Assembly: GCA_965223415.1 (NCBI GenBank)
Contig: OZ245002.1
Span: forward strand, 5,728,001-5,792,000
DNA from: Myxococcota bacterium
GTDB taxonomy: Bacteria; Myxococcota_A; UBA9160; UBA6930
Direction of reading: 5' to 3'
Length of the DNA: 64,000 bases
The notes below the pieces were generated by a model. That model was given only the letters and a program-made list of their open reading frames with translations, was not told the DNA's origin and did no database searches. Of the stretch, positions 37,851 through 50,635 are shown one piece after another (position 1 is the first letter of the stretch; each line of letters opens with the position of its first letter). Position numbers and translations under genes: made by a program.

Positions 37851-40800
37851 CTAGGCGGCCTCCTCGGCCGGGATCCCGGCCTCCTCGGCGGCTCCCCGGC
37901 CCCGCGCCCCACGCAGGTCCTCCAGGATCACGTAGCCCGCCGGTACCACGAAGAGCGTGATGAAGGTGGAGAACGCCACGCCGAAGGCGAGCGAGATGGC
38001 CATCGGGACCAGGAACTGGGCCTGGACGCTGCGGTTCAGCATCAGCGGCAGGAGCCCGACGAAGGTGGTCATCGAGGTCAGCAGGATCGGCCGGAAGCGG
38101 GAAGCGGCGGCCTCGGCGACGGACTCGTGGATGGTCGCGCCCTGCTCGCGGCGCCCGTTCACGTGGTGGACCAGCACCAGGCTCGAGTTCACGACGACGC
38201 CGGAGGCCGCGATGATGCCCATGATCGACATCATCGCGAGGCCGCTGACCAGATCGAAGCTCTTCATCAGCATGTGGCCCAGGATGGCGCCGACGAAGGC
38301 GAACGGGATCACGCTCATGATGATGAAGGGCTGGACGTAGGACCGCAGCGGAATGGCCAGGAGCGCGTAGATCACGAACAGCGCGATGGCGAAGTTGGGG
38401 AGCAGGCTGGCCATCGCCTCGCCCTGCTCGCGCTGGGTGCCCTCCAGGCGCGTCGTCACCCGAGGATGGTCCCGCATGATCTCGTCCAGGGGACCGGCCC
38501 GCAGACTGGCCAGCACCTCGTTGGCGGTGATCTGGGTGCGGTCGACATCCGCAGTGACGTTCACGACGCGGCGCCGGTCCGCGCGGCGGATGGTCGAGAA
38601 GCCGCGTCCGAGGCGCGCCTCGGCCACGGTAGCGAAGGGCACCTCGGAGCCGTCCGGCGTGCGGATGCGCATGTCGTCGAGGGCGCCGAGGGAGCGTCGC
38701 TCCGCCTCCGTGTAGCGGACCATCACCCGGACGTCGTCGCGACCGCGCTGGACCCGCTGGATCTCCTCGCCGTAGAACGCCTGGCGCACCTGGCGGGCCA
38801 GGTCGCCGAGGCCGAGGCCCAGGGCCTCGCCGCTCGGCAGGATGTCGAGCTTGAGCTCTGCCTTTCCGGAGCGGAAGGAATCGGCGATGTCGATGACGCC
38901 CGGGTACTCGGCCAGCTTCCCCCGGATCGCAGCGGCGACGCTGCGCAGCTCCTCGACGTCGTGGCCCTCGAGCTGGATGTTGATGGCCTCGCCCACGCTG
39001 AAGAGCGACGTCGCGAAGGTCAGCTCCACCGCGTCCTGCACGTGACCGACCTGCTGGCGCCACAGGTCCGCCACCTCCCGGGTCTCGAGGCTGCGCGATT
39101 GGCTGGGCGTGAGCTGCATCGTCACCTCGCCCAGGTGACCGCCGCCGACGGCCGGGTCGGAGCCCCCGGGCGGCCCCGCGCCGCCGCTGGATACGGGCTG
39201 TCCTCCGACGGCCGACAGGATGTGCATCACGGGCGGCGCGTCCTCGAACTGGGCGGCCAGCTCCGTCGCGACCTGCTCCGCCGTCCGCTCGAGGTGGAGC
39301 ACCGCCTCCCCGGTCACCCGCGCCGGCGTTCCCAGCGGCATGGTGAGCTTGGCGATCACCCGATCGGATTCGAGGGGAGGGAAGAAGGAGAACGGCAGGC
39401 GACCGCTGGCCAGCGCGCCGATCGTCGAGACGAAGATGGCGAAGGCCACGGCGATGGTGGCGTAGCGCAGCTCGACCACCTGCTCGACCGCCGGCTGGAA
39501 GCGCTCGCGAACGAAGCGCTCGAGGCCCGCAGCGAAGCGCGCCTGGAGCGCGATGACCCGCTCGGCCTCGCGGTCGAAGCCGCCGCTCTTGTGCCAGGCG
39601 TAGAGGCCGGAAGTAGCCGCGATCACCAATGCCAGATAGCTGCGCGCGTCCCAGGCGAAGCCGATGAGCGCGATCCCGAGCACCGGCACCAGCATCAGGC
39701 CCACCTCGGCGGCGGGGCTCTCCGCGTGCCGGTGGCCCAGGTGGGCGGGCAGCACCAGCTGGGACTCGATCAGGGAGAAGGCCAGGCAGCACATCACCAC
39801 CGTGGCAATCACCGACTGGATCTGGCCGATCGTGCCGGGCCCGAGCAGCAGCGGCGTGAACGCGGCCACGGTCGTGAGCACGCCGAAGATGACGGGAACC
39901 GACACCTCCTGGGTTCCCGCGATCGAGGCCGGCAGCCAGCTCTCGTTGCGCTGCTGGTGCGAATGGACGTTCTCTCCCACCACGATGGCGTCGTCCACCA
40001 GGATGCCGAGGACGAGGATGAATCCGAAGAGCGAGATGCTGTCGATCGAGAGGCCGAGCAGCGACGCCAGCCACAGCGCCCCCAGGAAGGACACCGGTAC
40101 GCCGACACTCACCCAGAACGAGAGCCGCGGCCGCAGGAAGAGCGCAAGCAGCAGGAGCACCATCAGGAAGCCCTGCCGCGCGCTGTCCAGCAGCGTGTCG
40201 AGGCGGTCCCGGAGCATCACCGAGTTGTCGCTCCAGATGGTGAGCTCCACGCCGGCTGGCAGGCGCTGCCGCGCCTCGGCGAGGTAGACGTTCAGCGCCG
40301 CGGTGATGTCGAGGATGTCCTGGTCGCCGACCCGCGACACGCGGATGATGGCCGCTGGCTTCCCGTCGAAGCGCACGAGCTGGTCCGTGTCCTCGAAACC
40401 GTCTACCACCCGGCCGATGTCGCGGACGCGCACCCGGGTGCCGTCGGGCCGGGTCAGGATCACGAGCTCCTCGAACTCGGCGCCCCAGTAGGCCTGGCCC
40501 TTGGTGCGCAGCAGCACCTCGCCGCCCTCGGTCTTGATGGCCCCGCCGGGCAGGTCGAGGGACGCGCGCCGGATGGCGGCGGCCACCTCCTGGAAGGACA
40601 GGCCGTGGCGGCGCAGCGAGGCCTCGGACACCTCGATCGAGATCTCGTAGGGCCGCGTGTTGGAGAGCTCGACCTGGGTCACGTCGGGCAGCGACGCGAT
40701 CTCGTCCCGCACCTGCTGACCGAGCTCCTTCAGGTCGCGCTCGTCGTGGGGCCCGGTGATCGCGATCTCCATCACCGAGCGCTGGGGGGAGACCAGGTTG

Positions 40801-41183
40801 ATGACGGGCTTCTCGGTCTCCTCGGGGAAGGTGTCGATGGCGTCGACCCGGTTCTTGACGTCGTCCAGGGCCTTGCTCTCGTCCGCGTCCTCGAAGAGCT
40901 CGACGCTCACCGAGCAGGCGCCTTCGACGGCGGTCGAGCGGACCCGTTCCACGCCCTCGATGCCCTCGATTTCCTCCTCGATCCGGACGCAGACGCCTTC
41001 CTCGGCCTCCTCCGGCGCCGCACCCCGGTACTCGACGCCGATGCTGATCACCGGCACGTCGATGTCCGGGAAGGACTTCTGGGGCATGGCCGGAAGCGAG
41101 GCGAAGCCGCCGACGACGATCACGCCGAGCAGCAGGTTCGCCGCCACGTCGTTGCGGGCGAACCAGGCGATCGCCCCCTTCAC
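37851..41183 (-). CDS. RND efflux permease (AcrB/D/F family)
   Basis: GILVDDAIVVGEN, GVVVNSSLVLV, RFRPILLTSMTT. Confidence 0.94.
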   Translation of the reverse strand: MKGAIAWFARNDVAANLLLGVIVVGGFASLPAMPQKSFPDIDVPVISIGVEYRGAAPEEAEEGVCVRIEEEIEGIEGVERVRSTAVEGACSVSVELFEDADESKALDDVKNRVDAIDTFPEETEKPVINLVSPQRSVMEIAITGPHDERDLKELGQQVRDEIASLPDVTQVELSNTRPYEISIEVSEASLRRHGLSFQEVAAAIRRASLDLPGGAIKTEGGEVLLRTKGQAYWGAEFEELVILTRPDGTRVRVRDIGRVVDGFEDTDQLVRFDGKPAAIIRVSRVGDQDILDITAALNVYLAEARQRLPAGVELTIWSDNSVMLRDRLDTLLDSARQGFLMVLLLLALFLRPRLSFWVSVGVPVSFLGALWLASLLGLSIDSISLFGFILVLGILVDDAIVVGENVHSHQQRNESWLPASIAGTQEVSVPVIFGVLTTVAAFTPLLLGPGTIGQIQSVIATVVMCCLAFSLIESQLVLPAHLGHRHAESPAAEVGLMLVPVLGIALIGFAWDARSYLALVIAATSGLYAWHKSGGFDREAERVIALQARFAAGLERFVRERFQPAVEQVVELRYATIAVAFAIFVSTIGALASGRLPFSFFPPLESDRVIAKLTMPLGTPARVTGEAVLHLERTAEQVATELAAQFEDAPPVMHILSAVGGQPVSSGGAGPPGGSDPAVGGGHLGEVTMQLTPSQSRSLETREVADLWRQQVGHVQDAVELTFATSLFSVGEAINIQLEGHDVEELRSVAAAIRGKLAEYPGVIDIADSFRSGKAELKLDILPSGEALGLGLGDLARQVRQAFYGEEIQRVQRGRDDVRVMVRYTEAERRSLGALDDMRIRTPDGSEVPFATVAEARLGRGFSTIRRADRRRVVNVTADVDRTQITANEVLASLRAGPLDEIMRDHPRVTTRLEGTQREQGEAMASLLPNFAIALFVIYALLAIPLRSYVQPFIIMSVIPFAFVGAILGHMLMKSFDLVSGLAMMSIMGIIAASGVVVNSSLVLVHHVNGRREQGATIHESVAEAAASRFRPILLTSMTTFVGLLPLMLNRSVQAQFLVPMAISLAFGVAFSTFITLFVVPAGYVILEDLRGARGRGAAEEAGIPAEEAA

Positions 41184-42352
41184 GACGCGGCTCCCGCCGG
41201 CGGATCGTCGCGGACCCGCACGGCCATGCCCTCGGTGGCGCTCTCGAGAGGCGAGATGCACACCCGCTCCCCGCGGGCGAGCCCGCCGCGCACGAGGATC
41301 TCGTCCGCGTCCACCCGCAGCAGGTCGACGTCCCGGAAGCGCAGCCGGTCCTCCTCGTCCACGACCAGCACCTGGCCGGCGCCTCGCAGGGAGGAGCGGG
41401 GCAGCACCACGACGCCCTTCGCCTCGGCGCCGGTGATCTCGGCCTCGACGAAGAGCCCGACCGAGAGCGGCGGAGCGTCGCCCTGGGCGTAGGGTGCGGG
41501 GACCTGGGCGACGACGTGCACCATGCGCGTTCGCGGGTCGAGCTCGCCCTCGGTGCGGACGACGTGCCCGTGCCACTCGTGCCGGGTTCCGGCGAATCGG
41601 GCGCGGAGCGTGACCGGGACCGCGGGCGTGCCATCCTCCCCCGCTCCCCCGTTCCGCAAGAGCGGGAGATCGATGAAGGCCAGCTCCTCGTCGTGCACCG
41701 GGAGCCGCACCTCCGCCAGGTCCACCGCGTAGATCGTGGCGACGGGCGTGCCCCGCCCGACGAACTGGCCGACGTCCACCCGTTCGGAGCGGACGCGTCC
41801 CTGGTAGGGCGCGGTGATCTCGGTCCGCGCCAGGTCGCGCTCGGCCCGGGCGAGGGCCGCCCGCGCCTCCCGCAGCGAGGCCTCGGCGACGGCCAGGCGG
41901 TTGGCCGCGTCGTCCCGCGCGGCATCGCTGGCGACGCCCTGGGCCTTGAGGTCGCGCTGTCGCGCGTCGTCCCGACGCGCGTCCGCCAGATCGCTCCGGG
42001 CCCGGGCGGCGGCGGCGCGCCCCTGCTCGAGCGCCGCCTCGTAGTCGAGCGGGTCGATCCGCAGGAGCGGCTCGCCCTCCTCGAAGAAGCCGCCGGACAC
42101 CAGCTCCGGCGACATCCACACGACCCTCCCGGATACCTCCGGCACGAGCTCGCTCTCGGTCCTCGGCATCACGGTGCCGTGGGTGGAGACGCGCAGCCGG
42201 ATCGTCTCGGGCGCGACCTCGATCGCCCGCACCAGCGGGGCCACGCGATCCGGCGGCCGCGGCTCGACCTGCGGACCGGTGGCGATGAGCAGCCCCGCAC
42301 AGGCGAAGCCGCCCAGGGCGATGGCGATCGGGGTGAGCTGGCGTCGGTTCAT
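41180..42352 (-). CDS. RND periplasmic adaptor subunit
   Basis: N-terminal TM, PEVSGRV, alpha-hairpin, RTEITAPYQG. Confidence 0.93.
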   Translation of the reverse strand: MNRRQLTPIAIALGGFACAGLLIATGPQVEPRPPDRVAPLVRAIEVAPETIRLRVSTHGTVMPRTESELVPEVSGRVVWMSPELVSGGFFEEGEPLLRIDPLDYEAALEQGRAAAARARSDLADARRDDARQRDLKAQGVASDAARDDAANRLAVAEASLREARAALARAERDLARTEITAPYQGRVRSERVDVGQFVGRGTPVATIYAVDLAEVRLPVHDEELAFIDLPLLRNGGAGEDGTPAVPVTLRARFAGTRHEWHGHVVRTEGELDPRTRMVHVVAQVPAPYAQGDAPPLSVGLFVEAEITGAEAKGVVVLPRSSLRGAGQVLVVDEEDRLRFRDVDLLRVDADEILVRGGLARGERVCISPLESATEGMAVRVRDDPPAGAAS

Positions 42353-42996
42353 GGTCGGTCCTCTCCAGGCGCCGGAAGGGGGGAGCCGCCTTCGATGCCC
42401 GCGGTGGCGAACGCAGCGAGGCGGTCGAGAAAGTGCGGGTCGGGCGGCGTCGCAATCGGGTTCTCGGTGGCGAGGATGTGGACCATCGCGCCGATCGCGA
42501 AGTGGAGCCGCCAGCGAATCTCGGTGGCGTCGACCTGCGGCAGCGCCCGAGCCAGCACCTCGCTGAAGCGGTCGAAGGTGGTGCCGAACTGCGCCTCGAT
42601 CAGCGGCCGGGAGATCGAGCCGGGCTCGCCGAACAGCCGCGCGACGAGCCTCGGCGTGTCGCCGACCCCCTCGGTCGCCAGCGGCGCGAGGAACGCCTCC
42701 ACCACTTCGCGAACGCTAGGCGCGGCCTTGCTCGCGAGCAGGGCGTCGAGGGCGCGGGTCCGCTCCTCGTGGATCGGGGCGAAGCGCCGGTCCACCACCG
42801 CGCCGAACAGCGCCTGCTTCGAGCCGAAGTGGTAGTGGGCCGCGCCCAGGTTGACGCCCGCCCGCTGGGCGATGGCGCGCACCGAGGTGGCGGCGAAGCC
42901 ACGCTCGATGAAGAGCGCCTCGGCGGCATCGAGGATCCGGGTGGGCGTGTCGGCTGCGCCCTGGGGGTTCGCCAGGGAGTGGGCCTGTGAGGACAT
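42349..42996 (-). CDS. TetR family regulator (PsrA/CecR-like)
   Basis: RILDAAEALF.ERGF.ATSVRAIA..AGVNLGAAHYHFGSK. Confidence 0.92.
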   Translation of the reverse strand: MSSQAHSLANPQGAADTPTRILDAAEALFIERGFAATSVRAIAQRAGVNLGAAHYHFGSKQALFGAVVDRRFAPIHEERTRALDALLASKAAPSVREVVEAFLAPLATEGVGDTPRLVARLFGEPGSISRPLIEAQFGTTFDRFSEVLARALPQVDATEIRWRLHFAIGAMVHILATENPIATPPDPHFLDRLAAFATAGIEGGSPLPAPGEDRP

Positions 42997-43006
42997 CGGC
43001 GCCTCA

Positions 43007-43024
43007 TTCGAACGTTCGTTTGAA
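43007..43024. promoter_or_regulatory. Probable TetR operator
   Basis: TTCGAACGTTCGTTTGAA, an imperfect palindrome 11 bp upstream of the TetR start. Confidence 0.65.
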
Positions 43025-43119
43025 ATGCTATCGTCGCGGCCCTGACGCTGCAAGCGAGACGGCGGCCCCGGACCGGTCGCTATCGTCCGGGCGGGTGCGG
43101 TCGCTCGGGGGAGCAGCGG

Positions 43120-43887
43120 TTGACGGAGCCTCGGGACGGTTCGGGTGTCCGGTGGAGCGCCGCCCTCCACGCCTGCGACCCCGCCTTGCGAGCACTCTTC
43201 ACGGGCTACCTCGTCGTGATCGGAATCGGGCTGCTCATGTCGTTCGCCCAGATCCTCTTCACCCACGGCATGGCCGACGGGCGCTTCGGCCTCTCCGTCG
43301 ACGACATCGTCTACTCGTACTACGGCAACCGCGAAGGCAGCCGCATCGAGGCCAAGCTCCAGGGATCCATGAAGCTGATGGCCTCCGAGCAGGTCCGCGC
43401 CGAGATCGTCCGCTGGGTGCGCGAGGGCTCGCCGCGGGACGAGTGGGACGAGCGGATGCAGAGCGTGGTCGTCACCCACTGCGGCCGCTGCCACGGCGAA
43501 GTCCCCGGGATTGCGGACCTGACCCGCTACGAGGGCATCCAGGCCGTCGCTCAAATCGACGAGGGAGCGACGGTTCCCACCCTCGCACGGGTGTCGCACA
43601 TCCACCTGTTCGGGATCGCCTTCATCTTCTTCTTCGTGTGCCTGATCTTCACGTTGGCCTCCGGCGTGCCCGGCTGGCTGCGGGTGACGGCGGTCGCGAT
43701 GCCCTACGTCTTCCTGAGCGTCGACGTCTTCTCCTGGTGGGCCACGAAGTGGGTGCCCGCGGCCGCCTACCTGACGATCGGGGCCGGCGCCGGCTACGCC
43801 CTCTCCTCCGGGTTCATGATCCTGACCGCCCTCTACCAGATGTGGTGGCCGGGCTACCTGGAGCGGGCGCGACGGGCGAGCCCCTGA
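43120..43887 (+). CDS. Membrane protein with single CxxCH heme-c motif
   Basis: CGRCH in a soluble loop; SHIHLFG; about 4 TM segments; TTG start. Confidence 0.7.
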   Translation: MTEPRDGSGVRWSAALHACDPALRALFTGYLVVIGIGLLMSFAQILFTHGMADGRFGLSVDDIVYSYYGNREGSRIEAKLQGSMKLMASEQVRAEIVRWVREGSPRDEWDERMQSVVVTHCGRCHGEVPGIADLTRYEGIQAVAQIDEGATVPTLARVSHIHLFGIAFIFFFVCLIFTLASGVPGWLRVTAVAMPYVFLSVDVFSWWATKWVPAAAYLTIGAGAGYALSSGFMILTALYQMWWPGYLERARRASP

Positions 43888-44146
43888 GCGCGCGGGCTCT
43901 CCCGCCCGGCCCCGGCCGAGGAGCCCGACCCGGTCGGCCCGGGAGCCGGGCATCGACTGCCAGCGAAAGGAGGTGTGCGGCGAGAGCCGCCGTCCTGCGA
44001 CCACCTCGCCGGTCGGGCACGGCGCCACAGCTCCGGGCTCGGACGTTGTCTTTTCCCAACGATTCCAACAACTTGCCCTCAAGTTCCGCCCCCTTGGTAA
44101 CCGATTCGCCGTAGGCGACTCTCACCCGAAGCCTTGAGGGGGGCTC

Positions 44147-46807
<2,661 letters not shown>

Positions 46808-46814
46808 GCGCGCC

Positions 46815-48119
46815 ATGGCCACACTCCACGAGTTCCACCTGCCGGACATCGGCGACTTCCAGGGCGTCGACGTGGTCGAGGTGCTCGTCGCACCGGGCGA
46901 CAAGGTCGAGAAGGAGCAATCGCTCATCGTGCTGGAGAGCGACAAGGCCACCATGGAGGTGCCCGCCCCATGCGCCGGCGTCGTGCGCGAGCTGCGCGTC
47001 GGAGTGGGAGACCAGGTGAGCGAAGGCGACCTGATCGCCGTGATCGAGGGCAGCGAGGAAGCGGCCGCCCAGGAGCCGTCTCCCGAGCCGCCGCCGTCAG
47101 CGGAGCGCACTCCTGCGCCCGAAGCCGCGCCGGCCGTCGGCACGCCCAACGCGATGGCCGTGCCCACGGTCCTCGACGCCGATGCAGCGCCACCCGAGGC
47201 GTGGAAGCCCCCTGTCCCCCACGCCAGCCCGTCGGTGCGCCTGCTGGCCCGGGAGCTCGGCGTCGACCTGACCCTCGTGCCCGGCTCCGGGCGCAAGGGC
47301 CGCATCCTGAAGGAGGACGTGCAGTCCTTCGTGAAGGCGTCCCTCTCCCAGGGCACGGGCGCCGGGGTGCCGATCGCCGGCGTCCAGGTGGCCGCGCCGC
47401 TCGAGATCGACTTCTCGAAATTCGGCGCGACCGAGCTGCAGCCCCTCAACCGGATCCGCAAGCTCTCCGCGGCCAACCTGCACCGGAGCTGGGTCACGGT
47501 CCCCCACGTCACCCAGTTCGACGAGGCCGACATCACCGACCTCGACGCCTTCCGCAAGGAGCAGAAGGCCGCCGCGGCGGAGCGCGGCGTGAAGCTGACC
47601 TTCCTGCCCTTCGTGGTGAAGGCGGTCACCACCGCCCTACGCGACTTCCCACACTTCAACGCCTCCCTCGACGTGACCGGCGAGAACCTGATCCTGAAGC
47701 GCTACTTCCACATCGGCGTCGCCGTCGACACCGAGAACGGCCTGGTGGTGCCGACCATCAAGGACGCCGAGAAGAAGGGGCTCTTCGAGATCGCCGGCGA
47801 GCTGCAGGACCTCTCGGAGCGGGCGCGCACGCGGAAGCTGCGCCCCTCGGACCTCCAGGGCGGGAGCTTCAGCATCTCGAGCCTGGGCGGCATCGGCGGG
47901 ACCTTCTTCACGCCGATCGTGAACCACCCGGAGGTGGCGATCCTGGGCGTCTCGCGCATGGAGTGGAAGCCCGTGCACCGCGACGGGGAGTTCGTGCCGC
48001 GCCTCATCCTCCCCCTCTCCCTCTCCTACGACCACCGGGTGATCGACGGCGCCGACGCGGTGCGCTTCACCAGTCATCTCGCAGCGCTGCTCTCGGACCT
48101 GCGTCGCCTGCTCCTCTGA
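46815..48119 (+). CDS. aceF: Dihydrolipoamide acetyltransferase E2
   Basis: Lipoyl ESDKA, ASPSVR binding domain, DHRVIDG. Confidence 0.96.
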   Translation: MATLHEFHLPDIGDFQGVDVVEVLVAPGDKVEKEQSLIVLESDKATMEVPAPCAGVVRELRVGVGDQVSEGDLIAVIEGSEEAAAQEPSPEPPPSAERTPAPEAAPAVGTPNAMAVPTVLDADAAPPEAWKPPVPHASPSVRLLARELGVDLTLVPGSGRKGRILKEDVQSFVKASLSQGTGAGVPIAGVQVAAPLEIDFSKFGATELQPLNRIRKLSAANLHRSWVTVPHVTQFDEADITDLDAFRKEQKAAAAERGVKLTFLPFVVKAVTTALRDFPHFNASLDVTGENLILKRYFHIGVAVDTENGLVVPTIKDAEKKGLFEIAGELQDLSERARTRKLRPSDLQGGSFSISSLGGIGGTFFTPIVNHPEVAILGVSRMEWKPVHRDGEFVPRLILPLSLSYDHRVIDGADAVRFTSHLAALLSDLRRLLL

Positions 48120-49825
48120 TGCCGCAGGAGATCACGGTCCGCGTCCCCGACATCGGGGAGTTCGAAGGCGTCGACGTGGTGGAGCTGCTGGTCGGCCCCG
48201 GCGACCACGTCGCCGTGGAGGACCCGCTCGTCACCCTCGAGAGCGACAAGGCCTCGATGGACGTGCCGTGCCCGGTGGACGGCGTCGTGGTGCGGATGGC
48301 GGTGGCCGTCGGCGACCAGGTGAGCGAGGGCGATGCCCTGTGCGCGGTGGAGGTGGAGGCCGCCCTGGAGAGCCCGCCGCCGGCCGGCGAGCCCGCACCG
48401 GCGGCATCCGCGGCGCGGGCCGACGGACCATCCACCGAGGTCCTGGTGCTCGGGGGCGGGCCCGGCGGCTACACCGCCGCCTTCCGCGCCGCCGATCTCG
48501 GCAAGCGCGTCACCCTGGTCGAGCGCTTCCCGACCCTCGGCGGCGTGTGCCTCAACGTGGGCTGCATCCCCTCCAAGGCCCTGCTGCACATGGCCGACGT
48601 GATCGAGGAAGCCGCCGCACTCCGGGAGCACGGCGTCGACTTCGGAACGCCGCGGCTCGACCTGGCGCGGATCCGCGCGCGCAAGGACGAGGTGGTGGGA
48701 ACCCTCACGAAGGGCCTTGCCGGCCTCGCGCGGCAGCGGCAGGTGGAGGTCGTCCAAGGCGAGGGACGCTTCGTCGGGCCCCACGAAGTGGAGGTGACGG
48801 GCGCGGAGGGAACGCGCCGGCTGCGCTTCGAACACGCCATCGTCGCTGCCGGCTCGCGGACGGTGGAGCTTCCGGGCGTGCCGGACGATCCGCGCATCCT
48901 CGACTCGACCTCCGCCCTCGAGCTGCCCCTGGTCGAGGGCCGTCTACTGGTGATCGGCGGCGGCATCATCGGCCTCGAGATGGCGACGGTCTACGCCGGC
49001 TTCGGCGCCGAGGTCTCGGTCGTGGAGCTCCTGGACCAGCTCATGACCGGCGCCGACCGGGACCTGGTGCGCCCCCTCGAGCGCCGCCTGAAGCAGCGCC
49101 TTGCCGCGATCTGGGTCGGCACGCGGGTCGAGGGAATCGAGGCGAAGGACGACGGCCTGCACGCGACGTTCTCGGGAGAGGGCGCGCCGGCCAGCGAGCG
49201 CTTCGACCAGGTGCTCGTCGCCGTGGGACGTCGGCCGAACGGCGACCGCATCGGCGCGGACGCGGCGGGCCTTCGCGTCGACGAGCGGGGCTTCGTGCCG
49301 GTGGACGCCAAGCAGCGCACCAACCTGGCCCACGTCTACGCCATCGGCGATGTCACGGGCCAGCCCATGCTGGCCCACAAGGCCACCCACGAGGGCAAGA
49401 CCGCCGCCGAGGTGATCGCCGGCCTGCCCGCCTCCTTCGACGCCCGAGCGATCCCGTCGGTGGCCTACACGGATCCGGAAGTCGCCTGGACCGGTCTCAC
49501 CGAGGAGGCGGCCGAGGGCGTGGCGGTGCGCAAGGCGGTCTTTCCGTGGGCCGCGAGCGGTCGTGCCCTGGGCATGGGCCGCAGCGAGGGAATGACGAAG
49601 CTGCTCTTCTCCGCCGAGGACGGCCGTCTGCTCGGCGCCGGCATCACGGGCCCGAACGCCGGCGACCTGATCGCGGAGGCGACCCTGGCCCTCGAGCTGG
49701 GTGCCGACGCGGAGGACCTCGGGCTGACGATCCACCCCCACCCCACCCTCTCCGAGACGATCGCCTTCGCCGCCGAGCTCGCCGCCGGGACCATCACGGA
49801 CCTGATGCCACCCCGGCGATCCTGA
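48119..49825 (+). CDS. lpdA: Dihydrolipoamide dehydrogenase E3 with N-terminal lipoyl domain
   Basis: ESDKAS lipoyl domain, GGGPGG, CLNVGCIPSK, HPHPTLSE; TGATG overlap with aceF. Confidence 0.96.
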   Translation: MPQEITVRVPDIGEFEGVDVVELLVGPGDHVAVEDPLVTLESDKASMDVPCPVDGVVVRMAVAVGDQVSEGDALCAVEVEAALESPPPAGEPAPAASAARADGPSTEVLVLGGGPGGYTAAFRAADLGKRVTLVERFPTLGGVCLNVGCIPSKALLHMADVIEEAAALREHGVDFGTPRLDLARIRARKDEVVGTLTKGLAGLARQRQVEVVQGEGRFVGPHEVEVTGAEGTRRLRFEHAIVAAGSRTVELPGVPDDPRILDSTSALELPLVEGRLLVIGGGIIGLEMATVYAGFGAEVSVVELLDQLMTGADRDLVRPLERRLKQRLAAIWVGTRVEGIEAKDDGLHATFSGEGAPASERFDQVLVAVGRRPNGDRIGADAAGLRVDERGFVPVDAKQRTNLAHVYAIGDVTGQPMLAHKATHEGKTAAEVIAGLPASFDARAIPSVAYTDPEVAWTGLTEEAAEGVAVRKAVFPWAASGRALGMGRSEGMTKLLFSAEDGRLLGAGITGPNAGDLIAEATLALELGADAEDLGLTIHPHPTLSETIAFAAELAAGTITDLMPPRRS

Positions 49826-49913
49826 CCGGGAAACGGACGCGAGCCGAACGCGAGGGGTCGGCAGGCTGAGGTGCAGCCACTCACCGGCCAGACAGCTCGT
49901 CGAGGTGATTCCC

Positions 49914-50483
49914 ATGCGGCTCCGCTCCCAGCTGACCCTGCTGCTCCTCCTCTGCCCCACGGCCGCCCTGTCGATACCCGTCACGCTGTCGGTCCAGACC
50001 GGGGGCGTCCCGGGCTTCAGCTACTCGTGGCTCCACACCGCCGACGCCTGCCCCCATGGCGGCTACTGGATGTGCGGGACCCAGCCGAACCAGGCGGTCA
50101 CCGGCAGCCTCACCGCCAACCAGAACGGCAACGCCTTCGCGGGCATCGCCGGCAGCCTGGTCATCGGCGGCACCCGCCACGTCGTGTCCGGGAGCCTGAA
50201 CTTCTCGGTGGCGGCGGGCGCCTCGCTCGGCAACCTCACGATCGGCAGCCTGGGGACCTTCGACTTCGTGAACGCCCAACTCTCGGGCCCGGCGAACGGC
50301 TATGCCGGCAACGTGATCTCGCTGTGGGGCCAGAACTTCGCGCCCAGCAAGACCCCCGTGAAGGGCGGCTACGGCGTCGATCTCTCACTCAAGGTCTCGC
50401 CTGCGATCCCGGAGCCCACCGCCGCCCTGGTCTTCGCGCTCGGCGCGCTGGTCGCGCGCGGCGCGGCCCGCCGACGCGCCTAG
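49914..50483 (+). CDS. PEP-CTERM-like secreted protein (paralog 1)
   Basis: Signal peptide; IPEPTAAL + TM + RRRA. Confidence 0.85.
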   Translation: MRLRSQLTLLLLLCPTAALSIPVTLSVQTGGVPGFSYSWLHTADACPHGGYWMCGTQPNQAVTGSLTANQNGNAFAGIAGSLVIGGTRHVVSGSLNFSVAAGASLGNLTIGSLGTFDFVNAQLSGPANGYAGNVISLWGQNFAPSKTPVKGGYGVDLSLKVSPAIPEPTAALVFALGALVARGAARRRA

Positions 50484-50635
50484 CGAGGCCACCCCCGGCG
50501 CGGAATCTCGAGCGAGCAGACGACCGGCAACCCGTGCGCAGGCAATGCGCAGACCGGGTAGAAACGGGACCCTGCGCGTTACCTCCCGGGCCGCCGCGGA
50601 GACTCACTCACGAACACCCTTTCGTGGAGTCTCCC

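Noticed and set aside
44070..44085. AACTTG-N4-CAAGTT palindrome upstream of aceE as a PdhR site
   Set aside because: Short, does not fit the PdhR consensus, and no GntR gene is adjacent.
48119..48400. Lipoyl domain on E3 as a novelty
   Set aside because: Known architecture in several Gram-negative PDH complexes.
50527..50597. c-di-GMP-I riboswitch
   Set aside because: The GGCAA start and CCGGGCCGCC end are suggestive, but the GACGCAAAG junction is missing; kept only as an unclassified structured leader.
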